Shown in pieces: positions 44,601 to 54,472 of a DNA stretch of 64,000 bases. The notes beneath the pieces are model-generated. The model did no database searches. It worked only from the letters and a program-made list of their open reading frames with translations, and was not told where the DNA came from. Origin of the DNA: Macrostomum lignano (lineage: Eukaryota); assembly GCA_002269645.1 (NCBI GenBank), contig NIVC01003351.1, positions 38,900 to 102,899 on the forward strand, in the 5' to 3' direction. Each line of letters begins with the position of its first letter. Position 1 is the stretch's first letter. Position numbers and translations under genes: made by a program.

Positions 44601-47600
44601 CCCTCATTATCTAATCTTTTTGCCGGCATTATCTAATTATCATCAATAGCCCTCATTATCTAATCATCTTTAATTGCCCTCTTCTAATGATCATTAATTA
44701 CCCTTATTATCTAATCGTCATTAATTTCCGTCATTATCTAATCATTATTAATCGCCCTTCATATCTAATTATCATGAATTGCCCTCATTATCTAATCTTT
44801 TTGCCGGTATTATCTAATCATCTTTTTTGCCTTCATTATGTAATGATCATTAATTGCTCTGATTATATAATTATCATTAAATGCCCTGATAATCTAATCA
44901 TCTTTATTGCCGTCATAATCTAATTATTATCAATTGCCCTAATTATCTAATCATGATTAATCGCCCTCACTGTCCCAACTCGCGAATCTCCAGGTGATGA
45001 CAATCGAGAAAATCCACGCTCTCCGAGCGAAGCGCCGAGTGAAAATTCGTGACAGCATCAAACCGGACGAGAGCGGCGGCACCCTGGCTGGCGCCGATTC
45101 TGGCGCCATCGGGGGCAGCTTTTTCAGCGAAGATCTCAGCCTGTTACGCGATCTCGTGTCGCGCGAGCGACTGCATCGCGACAGGAATTCCTGTCTGCAG
45201 GCGGCAACGAGAAACTTTGCCGACTCTGTGCTCAATGGCGTGCTGCGGGCCGTGCGAGCGCGCGAGGAGGGCGCCAATGCCATTGCTAACTCGTCCGCTG
45301 TGACTGCTTCTGGAGGTGTAAGTATGTCTGAGCGAGTTGAGGTCATAGTTTGACTTGATTTGATAGACTAGGTTTACGGGCCAGCCTTCCAGATCCTCAG
45401 TTTCTGTGCCAGCCTCCCAGATCCTCGGTTGCTGTGCCAGCCTCCCAGGTCCTCAGTTTCTGTGCCAGCCTCCCAGATCCTCGGTTGCTGTGCCAGCCTC
45501 CCAGGTCCTCAGTTGCTGTGCCAGCCTTCCAGATCCTCGGTTGCTGTGCCAGCCTCCCAGATCCTCAGTTGCTGGGCCAGCCTCCCAGATCCTCAGTTGC
45601 TGGGCCAGCCTCCCAGATCCTCAGTTGCTGGGCCAGCCTCCCAGATCCTCGGTTGCTGGGCCAGCCTCCCAGATCCTCGGTTGCTGGGCCAGCCTCCCAG
45701 GTCCTCAGTTTCTGGGCCAGCCTCCCAGATCCTCGGTTGCTGTGCCAGCCTCCCAGGTCCTCAGTTTCTGTGCCAGCCTCCCAGATCCTCGGTTGCTGTG
45801 CCAGCCTCCCAGGTCCTCAGTTTCTTTGCCAGCCTCCCAGATCCTCGGTTGCTGTGCCAGCCTCCCAGGTCCTCAGTTTCTTTGCCAGCCTCCCAGATCC
45901 TCAGTTTCTGGGCCAGCCTCCCAGCTCCTCAGTTGCTGGGCCAGCCTCCCAGAGTGTCAGTTGCTGGGCCAGCCTCCCAGAGTGTCAGTTGCTGGGCCAG
46001 CCTCCCAGAGTGTCAGTTGCTGGGCCAGCCTCCCAGAGTGTCAGTTGCTGGGCCAGCCTCCCAGATCCCTAGTTTCGAGTGCAGTATCTCTCCGATCAGA
46101 CCCTTAAACTAACGAATTTCTCCTGCTCCAAACCTGCAGCATCATCACCAGCATTCGCGCCAGTCGGTGGGTTCGAATCCCGCGCACCAGCAGCGACCAA
46201 CGCAGCACCTGGCGTACAGTCGGTACGATCAGGAGAAATTCGCTAATCGAGACGAGGCGGCAGATTTTTTTAAAATCGACACTGTCGGCGGCTGGGGCAT
46301 CGACATGTTGGGCAGGGGACCGGCAGGTCCAGGCGGCGATGCCAGCGCCGCCAGAGGAGGACCCGGCGGCGTCGCGAGGCCCTCGGATCCCAGGCGGATG
46401 CAGCAGCAGAGGCAAAGCTTTGGTGAGGGATATTTATACTTACCTATATTCTTTTATCCGCAACTATCTTATCTGGCTGAGAGCTCCTCCATTGGTTGGG
46501 TCAAACTCTGCTGGGAATCCCACTGTGAGATCATATTCTCTGCTGGGAGTCTTACTGTGAGATCATATTCTCTGTTGGGAATCTTTGTGAGATGATATTC
46601 TCTGTTGGGAATCTCACTGTGAGATCATATTCTCTGTTGGGAATCTTTGTGAGATGATATTCTCTGTTGGGAATCTCACTGTGAGATCATATTCTCTGTT
46701 GGGAATCTCACTGTGAGATCATATTCTCTGTTGGGAATCTTTGTGAGATGATATTCTCTGTTGGGAATCTCACTGTGAGATCATATTCTGTGCTGGGAAT
46801 CTCACTGTGAGATCAAATTCTCTGTTGGGAATCTCACTGTGAGATCATCTTCTCTGCTGGGAATCTCACTGTGAGATCATATTCTCTTCTGGGAATCTCA
46901 CTGTGAGATCATCTTCTCTGCTGGGAATCTCACTGTGAGATCATATTCTCTTCTGGGAATTTCACTGTGAGATCATATTCTCTGGTGGGAATCTCACTGT
47001 GAGATAATCTCTGCTGGGAATCTCACTTTTAATCCAACTTCCTAGTCGAGAGTTTGATCATGAGAGTTTATGTGATAAGCTAGAATCTCATATTTTAGAA
47101 GCAACCCCATGCACGTCACAAGCATAAAAATTATTCTATTCAGTGTCTAGGAGCTGTAGGGGTTGTAGAGTAGCGGTTAGACCGTCGGACTCCCGACTAA
47201 AAGGTCGGGGGTTTGATTCCTGATACTACTGGAACAATTTGTGTCTTTGAGCAAGACACTTCAACTCTACATTGCTTCAGTTCACCCAGCTGTAAAATGG
47301 GTGCCAGCATTAGCTGGGGTAATTGAGGGTGTGTGGCGACCCCCAGTCCTTGGACTGAACAGCCGTACGCAGCCTTCCGATGCGCCGCGCAATAGCTGCG
47401 GCTGAGCTGTCGGTTGCACATCTGGCCCATTTGGGGCAGGTGTAATCAATCAATTAATCAGATTCAGTGTCTGCAATGTACTACTCACAATAGGACTCGA
47501 ATGTATGCACCGAGCTTCACCTGTTCCTGTTCACCCCGCAGGCTCCGGCACTCCCCGGACGCCAGTTCCAGCTTCGCCGCTAGTTGGCAACTTGTCGACG

Positions 47601-48131
47601 AACTCAACACCGTCCAGTCAGCAGAAGCGCACAAGCCGAACTCCTATCATAATCATACCGGCCACCGCTAGCCTCATCTCTATGCTCAACGCTAAAGACA
47701 TCCTGCTAGAGAAACGATTTGTTTCTATCGAAGATAAACGCGCCGCAGGCGCTCGTCGAGAAAACGAAGCACTGATTCAACGAATGCGACCGGACGGCAC
47801 TACAACGGTGCCGTTTCGCGTTGTTGACCAGCCGCAGAAGCTCACAGCGGACGAGTGGTCGCGGGTTGTGGCCGTGTTCGTCCAGGGCCCGGCCTGGCAG
47901 TTCAAGAACTGGCCAATCGGCGGCGGCAATCCTGTGGACATTTTTGCCAGAGTGAAGGCTTTCCATTTGAAGTTTGCCGACATGCCAACTGATGCCAATG
48001 TGCTGCAGTGGAATGTCACCGTGCTGCAGCTGGATCGGCACAAGCGGCATCTGGACAGAGCGGTGCTGCAGCAGTTCTGGGATGAATTGGATCTGTTTAT
48101 GCGGAAGCACAAGACTCATTTGAGGTTTTAA
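38612..48131 (+). CDS. CDC73: Parafibromin (PAF1 complex); exons 38612-38742, 43768-44473, 44994-45317, 46140-46422, 47542-48131, 677 aa
   Basis: Motifs [26 protein letters not shown]|[45 protein letters not shown] and [16 protein letters not shown] are present. All four introns are GT-AG and phase-compatible. Confidence 0.95.
39587..39857. mobile_element. GC-rich MITE, 271 bp, in CDC73 intron 1
   Basis: Perfect 15-bp TIR CCCTATTGCAGCCAA; 8-bp TSD CCTTAGAG at 39579-39586 and 39858-39865. Confidence 0.9.
40195..41068. repeat. 178-bp tandem repeat, ~4.9 copies, in CDC73 intron 1
   Basis: The equivalent AATC(A/G)GAT anchor recurs at 40201, 40379, 40557, 40735 and 40913. Confidence 0.95.
44490..44968. 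repeat. Degenerate CCTCATTATCTAATCAT repeat, CDC73 intron 2
   Basis: Direct inspection. Confidence 0.9.
45375..46068. repeat. 28-bp GCCAGCCTCCCAGATCCTCGGTTGCTGT repeat, CDC73 intron 3
   Basis: Direct inspection. Confidence 0.95.
46515..47030. repeat. 32-bp GGGAATCTCACTGTGAGATCATATTCTCTGTT repeat, CDC73 intron 4
   Basis: Direct inspection; contains the ATCTCA/TGAGAT hairpin. Confidence 0.95.
47158..47460 (+). mobile_element. tRNA-derived SINE with a CORE/Meta-like central domain, in CDC73 intron 4
   Basis: tRNA-like head with A box (TAGAGTAGCGG) and B box (GGTTTGATTCC). The central block TTGAGCAAGACACTT..CACCCAGCTGTAAAATGGG resembles conserved SINE domains. There is an (AATC)n tail. Confidence 0.8.
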
Positions 48132-48644
48132 TCTGTATTAACAAAACTATATAACTGTATTGATAGTTACTGTTCAAGCCTTAGTTAATCATTTTATGAC
48201 AGAGGGGGGGGGTGTCTCACCGTGTTTGCCAGCTGCATTCAACTATTGATTAAATAATCCAACTAATAATTTTCGCTATTTTATATTAACTACTGATATC
48301 CATGCTCTCTTATTAGTAGTCTATATGCAGGTTATATGAAAAGGTTTCGTTTTAAATAAAATAATACAGAAGGACTGTCTTGTCATCTTTTGTAAATAAA
48401 TTCATTCGCTAATATTATATATTATGTTATTAATGCAGAAAAATTAAATAAACCACAACACATACTACTGTTGCTAACTACCCGCCAGTTTAATTCTATG
48501 CGACCATAATACAAGCTTTGTGCGAGTGTTTTGTTCTGCAATTTGTGTAAATCTATATGCTTTGTTTATTGACTTGATATTCATTTTTAGTTCAGTAAGT
48601 TGATTTCAAATTTAAAACCAATTTTAATTTTAACCATCTTACTA

Positions 48645-48992
48645 CACGTGTATCTCCGCAATTCCCCCGTGTGCCTTGGCACCTCCGCAATTCCCCCGTG
48701 TGCCTTGGCACCTCAGCAATTCCCCCATGTGCCTTGACACCTCCGCAATTCCCCCGTGTGCCTTGGCACCTCAGCAATTCCCCCATGTGCCTTGACATCT
48801 CAGCAATTCCCCCGTGTGCCTTGGCACCTTAGCAATTCCCCCGTGTGCCTTGGAATCTCAGCCATCCCCTCGTGAGCCTTGGAATCTCAGCAATCCCCCC
48901 GTGAGCCTTGGAATCTCAGCAATCCCCCCGTGAGCCTTGGAATCTCAGCAATCCCCCCGTGAGCCTTGGAATCTCAGCAATTCCCCCGTGAG
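48645..48992. repeat. ~30-bp CTCAGCAATTCCCCCGTGTGCCTTGGCAC repeat
   Basis: Direct inspection. Confidence 0.93.
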
Positions 48993-49819
48993 CCGAAAAG
49001 AAAGCAACTTACAACTCGACTTGTGTTTGTCTCCGCAGCTTCTAAACAAACTGCCTACAAGTCAGCGAATGACATTGCATGCATGCTGCCACCAGCTCAA
49101 AAAGACTTTACAGAAACAGCTATTCGACGAAAGATAATATGATCGCATTAAGAAGAGGCGCAGGCAGAGAGAGATCGTCTTGTTTAATCTACGTTGCTAT
49201 AGTGACAACAGGTAAAGACGGCAGATCTTACTGACTGAAGTTAAGTAGCTTGAAAAGCAGCATATTGAAACGTTTCTAATGTATGTAACGCGTGTTCAAT
49301 GCGCATAGGCTGGTGTTATCTACTCGTATAGAAGCTTAATAGGACCGGGGGTTTGGTGTTAGCGATAATGCATCACCTAAGCAACGGGGCTTCTATGCTG
49401 CCAATACCCGTAGTTAAGGCAACTCCTAGCCCTACTAAAATGCCAGCAACTTTGAGTTCTTGCATGGTGTTAAAGCTCGAAAAAAAGCTTTTTCTGGAGT
49501 TTAATTTTTTGAAAGTTAAATCAAGTTACAAAAGAAGAGTTCTTTAATATTTATTTTCAAGCCCATGGCTGCGGATAGTCGAGCTAGCTTTGCTGGCAGG
49601 CTCCGCATGGAGACTAACGTAAGTTTCGTCAGGTCTAGCTTACTTTTCTGTAAATGCCTACTGTAGAAGACAAGAGACCTTACGAGCGTATTTTATGCCA
49701 ACTTAAATATTCAAATGACATCAACTTTCTGGTGGTACCGCCATCTTCAGTTGCATGGTCATTGTTTTTGTCTTTAGTTGATCACTGCTGTTTTGAGTTG
49801 ACCACTGCTTTCTTGATCA

Positions 49820-50291
49820 CACCCATGTCCTGAAGCGATCGCAGGCCCCTGTCCTGAAGCGATAACACCCCTGTCCTGAAGCGATCGCACCCCTGTCCTT
49901 AAACGATCACACTCCTGTCCTGAAGCGATCGCACCCCTGTCCTGAAGCGATCACACCCCTGTCCTGAAGTGATCACACCCCTGTCCTGAAGTGATCGCAC
50001 CCCTGTCCTTAAACGATCACACCCCTGTCCTGAAGCGATCGCAGGCTCCTGTCCTGAAGCGATCACACCCCTGTCCTGTAGCGATCGCACCCCTATCCTG
50101 AAGTGATCACATTCCTGTCCTGAAGCGATCACACCCCTGTTCTGAAGCGATCACACCCCTGTCCTGTAGCGATCGCACCCCTATCCTGAAGTGATCACAC
50201 CCCTGTCCTGAAGCGATCACACCCCTGTCCTGAAGTGATCACACCCCTGTCCTGAAGCGATCACACCCCTGTCCTGAAGCGAACACACCCC
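49820..50291. repeat. ~22-bp CCCCTGTCCTGAAGCGATCACA host minisatellite, interrupted by the Polinton
   Basis: The array stops mid-unit (..ACACCCC) at 50291. Confidence 0.95.
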
Positions 50292-50338
50292 AGTAGAAGG
50301 CATGAGGGGGCTTCTGGGACAAAATTTTTCACGTCCTC

Positions 50339-50565
50339 CATAATCCACCTAAATCCATCCATATTATCCCTGACAGAATCAGAAAAAAAGGGGGGTCGCA
50401 CTCGCTCACAAAACCTCCTCCATAATCCCATTAAATCCATCCACATTATCCCTGACAGAATCAGAAAAAAAGAGGGGCCGCACTCGCTCACAAAACCTCC
50501 TCCATAATCCCATTAAATCCATCCATATTATCCCTGACAGAATCAGAGCATTATCCCTGACAGAA
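50339..50565. repeat. 82-bp subterminal tandem repeat (~2.6 copies) in the putative Polinton TIR
   Basis: CATAATCC anchor at 50339, 50421 and 50503. Confidence 0.9.
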
Positions 50566-50768
50566 TCAGTGCATAACAGGTGTCCACTAACACCTGTTAT
50601 GCTCACTGACACTGACATAATCCACTAACATCCACCCAGAAACAATCAGAAAAAAATCTGCATTCTTCTCCCCACATTCAATTCGCAACGTGCTACCACA
50701 TCCCTAAGACTTTAAATCATCAGCGCAGGGTCCTCACCCTTTGAAAAAAATCTAAATTCTCAATAAAA

Positions 50769-51005
50769 ATGTTTCCAGTTGTCTCTCCAGGTTCTTATTA
50801 CAAAACGCACGAGCCTAATTACAAGAGTAAGTACCAATGCAAGAAGGAATCCAGCGAATACATGAGAAAATATTGGCCCGACGTTGATATCAATGTCCCT
50901 AATATTAATCTAGCTCTCCAAAGACACTGGTTTGAAAAACACGGAGTAGTCATTAATAATTTTGACAGCTATTATAACTTTGCTGAAGTTATAAGGCAGT
51001 TGTAG
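50769..51005 (+). CDS. Orphan 78-aa ORF near the Polinton left end
   Basis: Non-repetitive ORF with the same TAAAAATG start context as the other viral genes. Confidence 0.45.
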   Translation: MFPVVSPGSYYKTHEPNYKSKYQCKKESSEYMRKYWPDVDINVPNINLALQRHWFEKHGVVINNFDSYYNFAEVIRQL

Positions 51006-51228
51006 TAGCCAACTACACTACAAGGTTGTACCCTGTAGAGTGCAGACGCAAGATCTAAAAAATACTGACAAAATCATGTGCAGCATAAAGCGGCTCGTAT
51101 TTGTAAGCGATGGCTTACTGATAGTAAAGCTATTTGAACATGGCGCGAATTCCTCACATGGTGGACTAGAAAATGTCGCCATGTGCAAGGCAAGGACTTG
51201 GTGCAAGGGCGTATAAATAGCAGTTCCA

Positions 51229-51349
51229 CTCAGCTGGCTAGAGGTGGAGCCGACCTCGCGTGGCTATGACTGACTGACGAGGGCAAAAAAGCACAAAACC
51301 GGTCTCAGTCTGCCCCGCATGGTTCGATTCCCACTGATAACATGATTTT
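51229..51349 (+). promoter_or_regulatory. Pol III type-2 internal promoter-like boxes and TTTT terminator flanking the hammerhead
   Basis: D-arm/A-box-like CTCAGCTGGCTAGAGG (51229-44), exact B box GGTTCGATTCC (51321-31), TTTT at 51346-49, and TATAAATA at 51212-19. Confidence 0.5.
51258..51318 (+). ncRNA. Type-I hammerhead ribozyme fold (variant, G12>A)
   Basis: Stem I GACTGA(51268-73)/TCAGTC(51305-10), core CTGACGA(51274-80), stem II GGGC-A6-GCAC, then AAAA where GAAA is expected, palindromic stem III ACCGGT and the GTC cleavage triplet (51302-04). Stem I extends as GCGTGGC/GCCCCGC. Confidence 0.7.
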
Positions 51350-51860
51350 CACGAACGTTCGTAAAAATCATGTGCAGCATAAAGCGGCTCTCAGTGGTTA
51401 CATGATTTTTACGAACTTTCGTAAAAATCATGTGCAGCATAAAGCGGCTCTCAGTGGTTACATGATTTTTACGAACTTTCGTAAAAATCATGTGCAGCAT
51501 AAAGCGGCTCTCAGTGGTTACATGATTTTTACGAACTTTCGTAAAAATCATGTGCAGCATAAAGCGGCTCTCAGTGGTTACATGATTTTTACGAACTTTC
51601 GTAAAAATCATGTGCAGCATAAAGCGGCTCTCAGTGGTTACATGATTTTTACGAACTTTCGTAAAAATCATGTGCAGCATAAAGCGGCTCTCAGTGGTTA
51701 CATGATTTTTACGAACTTTCGTAAAAATCATGTGCAGCATAAAGCGGCTCTCAGTGGTTACATGATTTTTACGAACTTTCGTAAAAATCATGTGCAGCAT
51801 AAAGCGGCTCTCAGTGGTTACATGATTTTTACGAACGTTCGTAAAAATCTTGTGCATAAC
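51340..51860. repeat. 60-bp palindromic tandem array, 8 essentially identical full units
   Basis: Unit = TTCGTAAAAATCATGT + 26-nt loop + ACATGATTTTTACGAA + CT. Confidence 0.98.
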
Positions 51861-52270
51861 AGGAATTCGCACGAATTCAACTGTGCAAAATAGCATTTTT
51901 CTGAGAAAGACTAGTGCGCAGTTGGATTCGCGCCATTTCCTGTCTTAACAGGAATTCGCACGAATTCAACTGTGCAAAAAAAGCTTTTTTTTCTGAGAAA
52001 GACTAATGACAGACTTGGGTTTGTTATGTGCGAATACTTGCGAAGTTAACCAACTTTTGACATAATAAAACAATAGACTGAGCACAGATTATCTTTTTGT
52101 GTCCGATTTCTTTTGTGTTTTCAATCCTTTCACTAAATACTGGTTAGAAAAAAAATAATGCTTGGTCAGTCAAAAAAGCGTGAGGTTGCCTACTAATAAG
52201 TAATATGACTAGATAAAATATACTAAAAATTCGAAATAGAACTGAAATAAAATATTTAGTTATTTTAACA

Positions 52271-53134
52271 TCACATTCTCTCAATGATTAACGTCAATAC
52301 AAACTCTTCACCGTTGAAATCAACACCCATCCCATCTTCAGTCTCAAACTGTAGCACAATCTCGTGAATCTCCTTATTACTCAATACAACTCTTTTCACT
52401 GGATTTGGTTTCTCTACCACCATCTGTCCTCCAGCAACAGAGTTGGAGATGTTGTACAAAATATTCGTTCGCTTTCCCTTAAATACCCAATCAAGACTGA
52501 GATTGCTTCTGATTAGAATATTCAAACCCTTTACAATGTCTGCAATATTGGGTGCTAAGAACAAACCGCTTACATTTTCCCGGACCATTCTAACAGTCCC
52601 CGATGCTTGAGTGGCGGTCTGCGCCGCGGATTCTGCCTTATAAACTTTCTTCTCGAATCCTAGTTCCCTATACCAAGTGTCATCTTTAAACTCAACCTCC
52701 GCATTTTTGTGAACTTGCATGACCACTCTCATTACAGTGAGATCATAGGTTAGTTTGACAGGGAACAGTTTCTTCTCTGGCTTACTCGCATCAGGTGTCT
52801 CAAAATGGCCTCTCTTAGTAAAGACATTTTCTAGAAAGTTATTGTAGGTATCCACACTTTGCGTGCTCACATGGAATACCACAGGGTCTTCTGCTGCACC
52901 TTTCCATTTGTAATAAAACTTATTATTTGCTGCCATCACATTGGGAACGTTTGACCAACCAGTGAAGTCGTTAAGATAGACATGGTAATTAGCACCTGGA
53001 TCAAGGCGAATCGCCTGCTCTAATTTTTCAACAAATATCCCGTTTGAGTCATTAATTCGCCCGGTTATTGTAATAGGAATGCTCTCCTTAGAGTGTGAAA
53101 CAATGTTGTTTAGTCTTTCGGCTATAGCTTCCAT
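52271..53134 (-). CDS. Minor capsid (penton-like, single jelly-roll, PX) protein
   Basis: Motifs WSNVPNV..NNKFYY, ELGF, ADIVKGLNILIRSN, ILYNI..G.MVVEKP and VDFNGEEFVLTLIIER match Polinton mCP; adjacent to the MCP. Confidence 0.85.
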   Translation of the reverse strand: MEAIAERLNNIVSHSKESIPITITGRINDSNGIFVEKLEQAIRLDPGANYHVYLNDFTGWSNVPNVMAANNKFYYKWKGAAEDPVVFHVSTQSVDTYNNFLENVFTKRGHFETPDASKPEKKLFPVKLTYDLTVMRVVMQVHKNAEVEFKDDTWYRELGFEKKVYKAESAAQTATQASGTVRMVRENVSGLFLAPNIADIVKGLNILIRSNLSLDWVFKGKRTNILYNISNSVAGGQMVVEKPNPVKRVVLSNKEIHEIVLQFETEDGMGVDFNGEEFVLTLIIERM

Positions 53135-53156
53135 TTTTTTCACCCACAAAAAATAT

Positions 53157-54442
53157 TTAAACTTTACTGGATGAATTGTTGATCATGTTAAGCTTCACCT
53201 TCCTCTCAAATGCATAGATAATGTACAGGTCCACGGGTGTTGCGGTAGTCCTTTCAATGTTAGTCACGATATTCACAGGGCTGTTATCAGTAGGCATTTG
53301 TCTGGCAGACACATCAGCGCCAAACATCGGATATAGAGTTCCATATTGAAGAGCAGTGATAGCAATTCCATTGTTCTCTTTCACAGCCAAGTCGACCAAC
53401 TCGCTGTAAAATTTGCTAATCTTGTTCTGACTGAAATCTCCATTTTGTGGCAGTGCAGGGTAAAGATTATCACTGATTTCATGCTGAATGGACCGCACGT
53501 CTCCATGCATGTAGCGTATGATGCTATTTGGGTTTCTCATATTAATAATGATATACCTTGGATTGCTGCATGATCCCTCTTTAATGCAGATATTTGTTCT
53601 AGTTTCGTTTCGCTCATCTCGACACATGTAGGCTGTGTATGCAACATCAATGTCCTTCTCTATTGCCTTAAGATAATCCGCTTTTAGTGCAGTCTTTGGC
53701 TCAATGACTTCCAAATACAGCTCGATTCCGGTTAGCTTCACCTCCATCCTTGTGTGGTCCGCCCCAGTCCACAACACTCTACTGCGATCATCTCTAGTCA
53801 TCCTAAATGTGTAGCTAAAGTTACTAGTCAGTCGATTAAATGTATTACAGAATCCACTCATGAATCTCAATGGTACAAATACATCAACAGACCGATACTG
53901 CGGGTTCTTAGCAGCATCATCTGCACCTTGCAATGCATAGTTGTATCTCTTCTTCCTATTTTTATAGCCACTGTCATTGATATCTCCTTCTTTTTCATCT
54001 GCAATAAAACCCGCACCACTTCCCAATTGAATAAAATCAGGATTCTCGTCAAACAATGAGCGTCATAGACAATTCCAAAGTTGGCGATTCGCTCCAACTC
54101 AGTGCTCCCATTCGATACACTAAACTCCTTGAACATGTACGCCCAAAAGTTACTGATCAGAGCCACATCCGCATCATGCTTGTCAACGTTAGCACGAGCC
54201 GCATCCGCACCACCTTTTGTCTTGAATTGAAATGTCATATGGAAGCCGCTCTTAAGACTGTGCACACTAACCAGAGACGAACATCCATTGTATGTAAATG
54301 TCAGTGTTTGACCTGGACCCAAATTAGTTTCATTCTGGTTCTCGTGACTCGGAACTCTAACTTGTGTCGCTTTGATTGTGCTATCATCACTCAAAATAGG
54401 CTTGTTAATTTTGTAGAAAACTGGTGTCAGTGGGTCGTTCAT
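53157..54442 (-). CDS. Major capsid protein (double jelly-roll, PY), ~428 aa, one frameshift near 54057
   Basis: N-part (DDSTI..NLGPG..LTFT..NFWAYMFKEF..NGSTELE..G) and C-part (FVPLRFMSGF, NPRYIII, YP, FYSEL, YPMFGADVS, DLYIIY) join by adding one T. Confidence 0.88.
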
Positions 54443-54472
54443 TTTTTAACTAAAAATAAAATAAAATAAGAA

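Noticed and set aside
45406-46112. Pro/Ser/Gln-rich ORFs in three frames
   Set aside because: 28-bp minisatellite inside CDC73 intron 3.
47158-47235. tRNA gene
   Set aside because: It is a degenerate cloverleaf followed by a SINE body and tail, so it is called as a SINE head.
49030-49800. Short exon-like pieces on both strands (e.g. MAADSRASFAGRLRMETN|GTAAGT; MQELKVAGILVGLGVAL..)
   Set aside because: No consistent gene model or recognisable homology could be built.
51219-51341. Functional tRNA gene
   Set aside because: D-arm and T-loop motifs exist, but the acceptor and T stems do not pair and the centre is a hammerhead fold.
51340-51860. CRISPR-like array (palindromic repeats with spacers)
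   Set aside because: The 26-nt spacers are identical, there are no cas genes, and the context is a eukaryotic virus.
51264-51896. 210-aa and 183-aa ORFs
   Set aside because: They are translations of the 60-bp repeat, open only because the unit is a multiple of 3 without stops.
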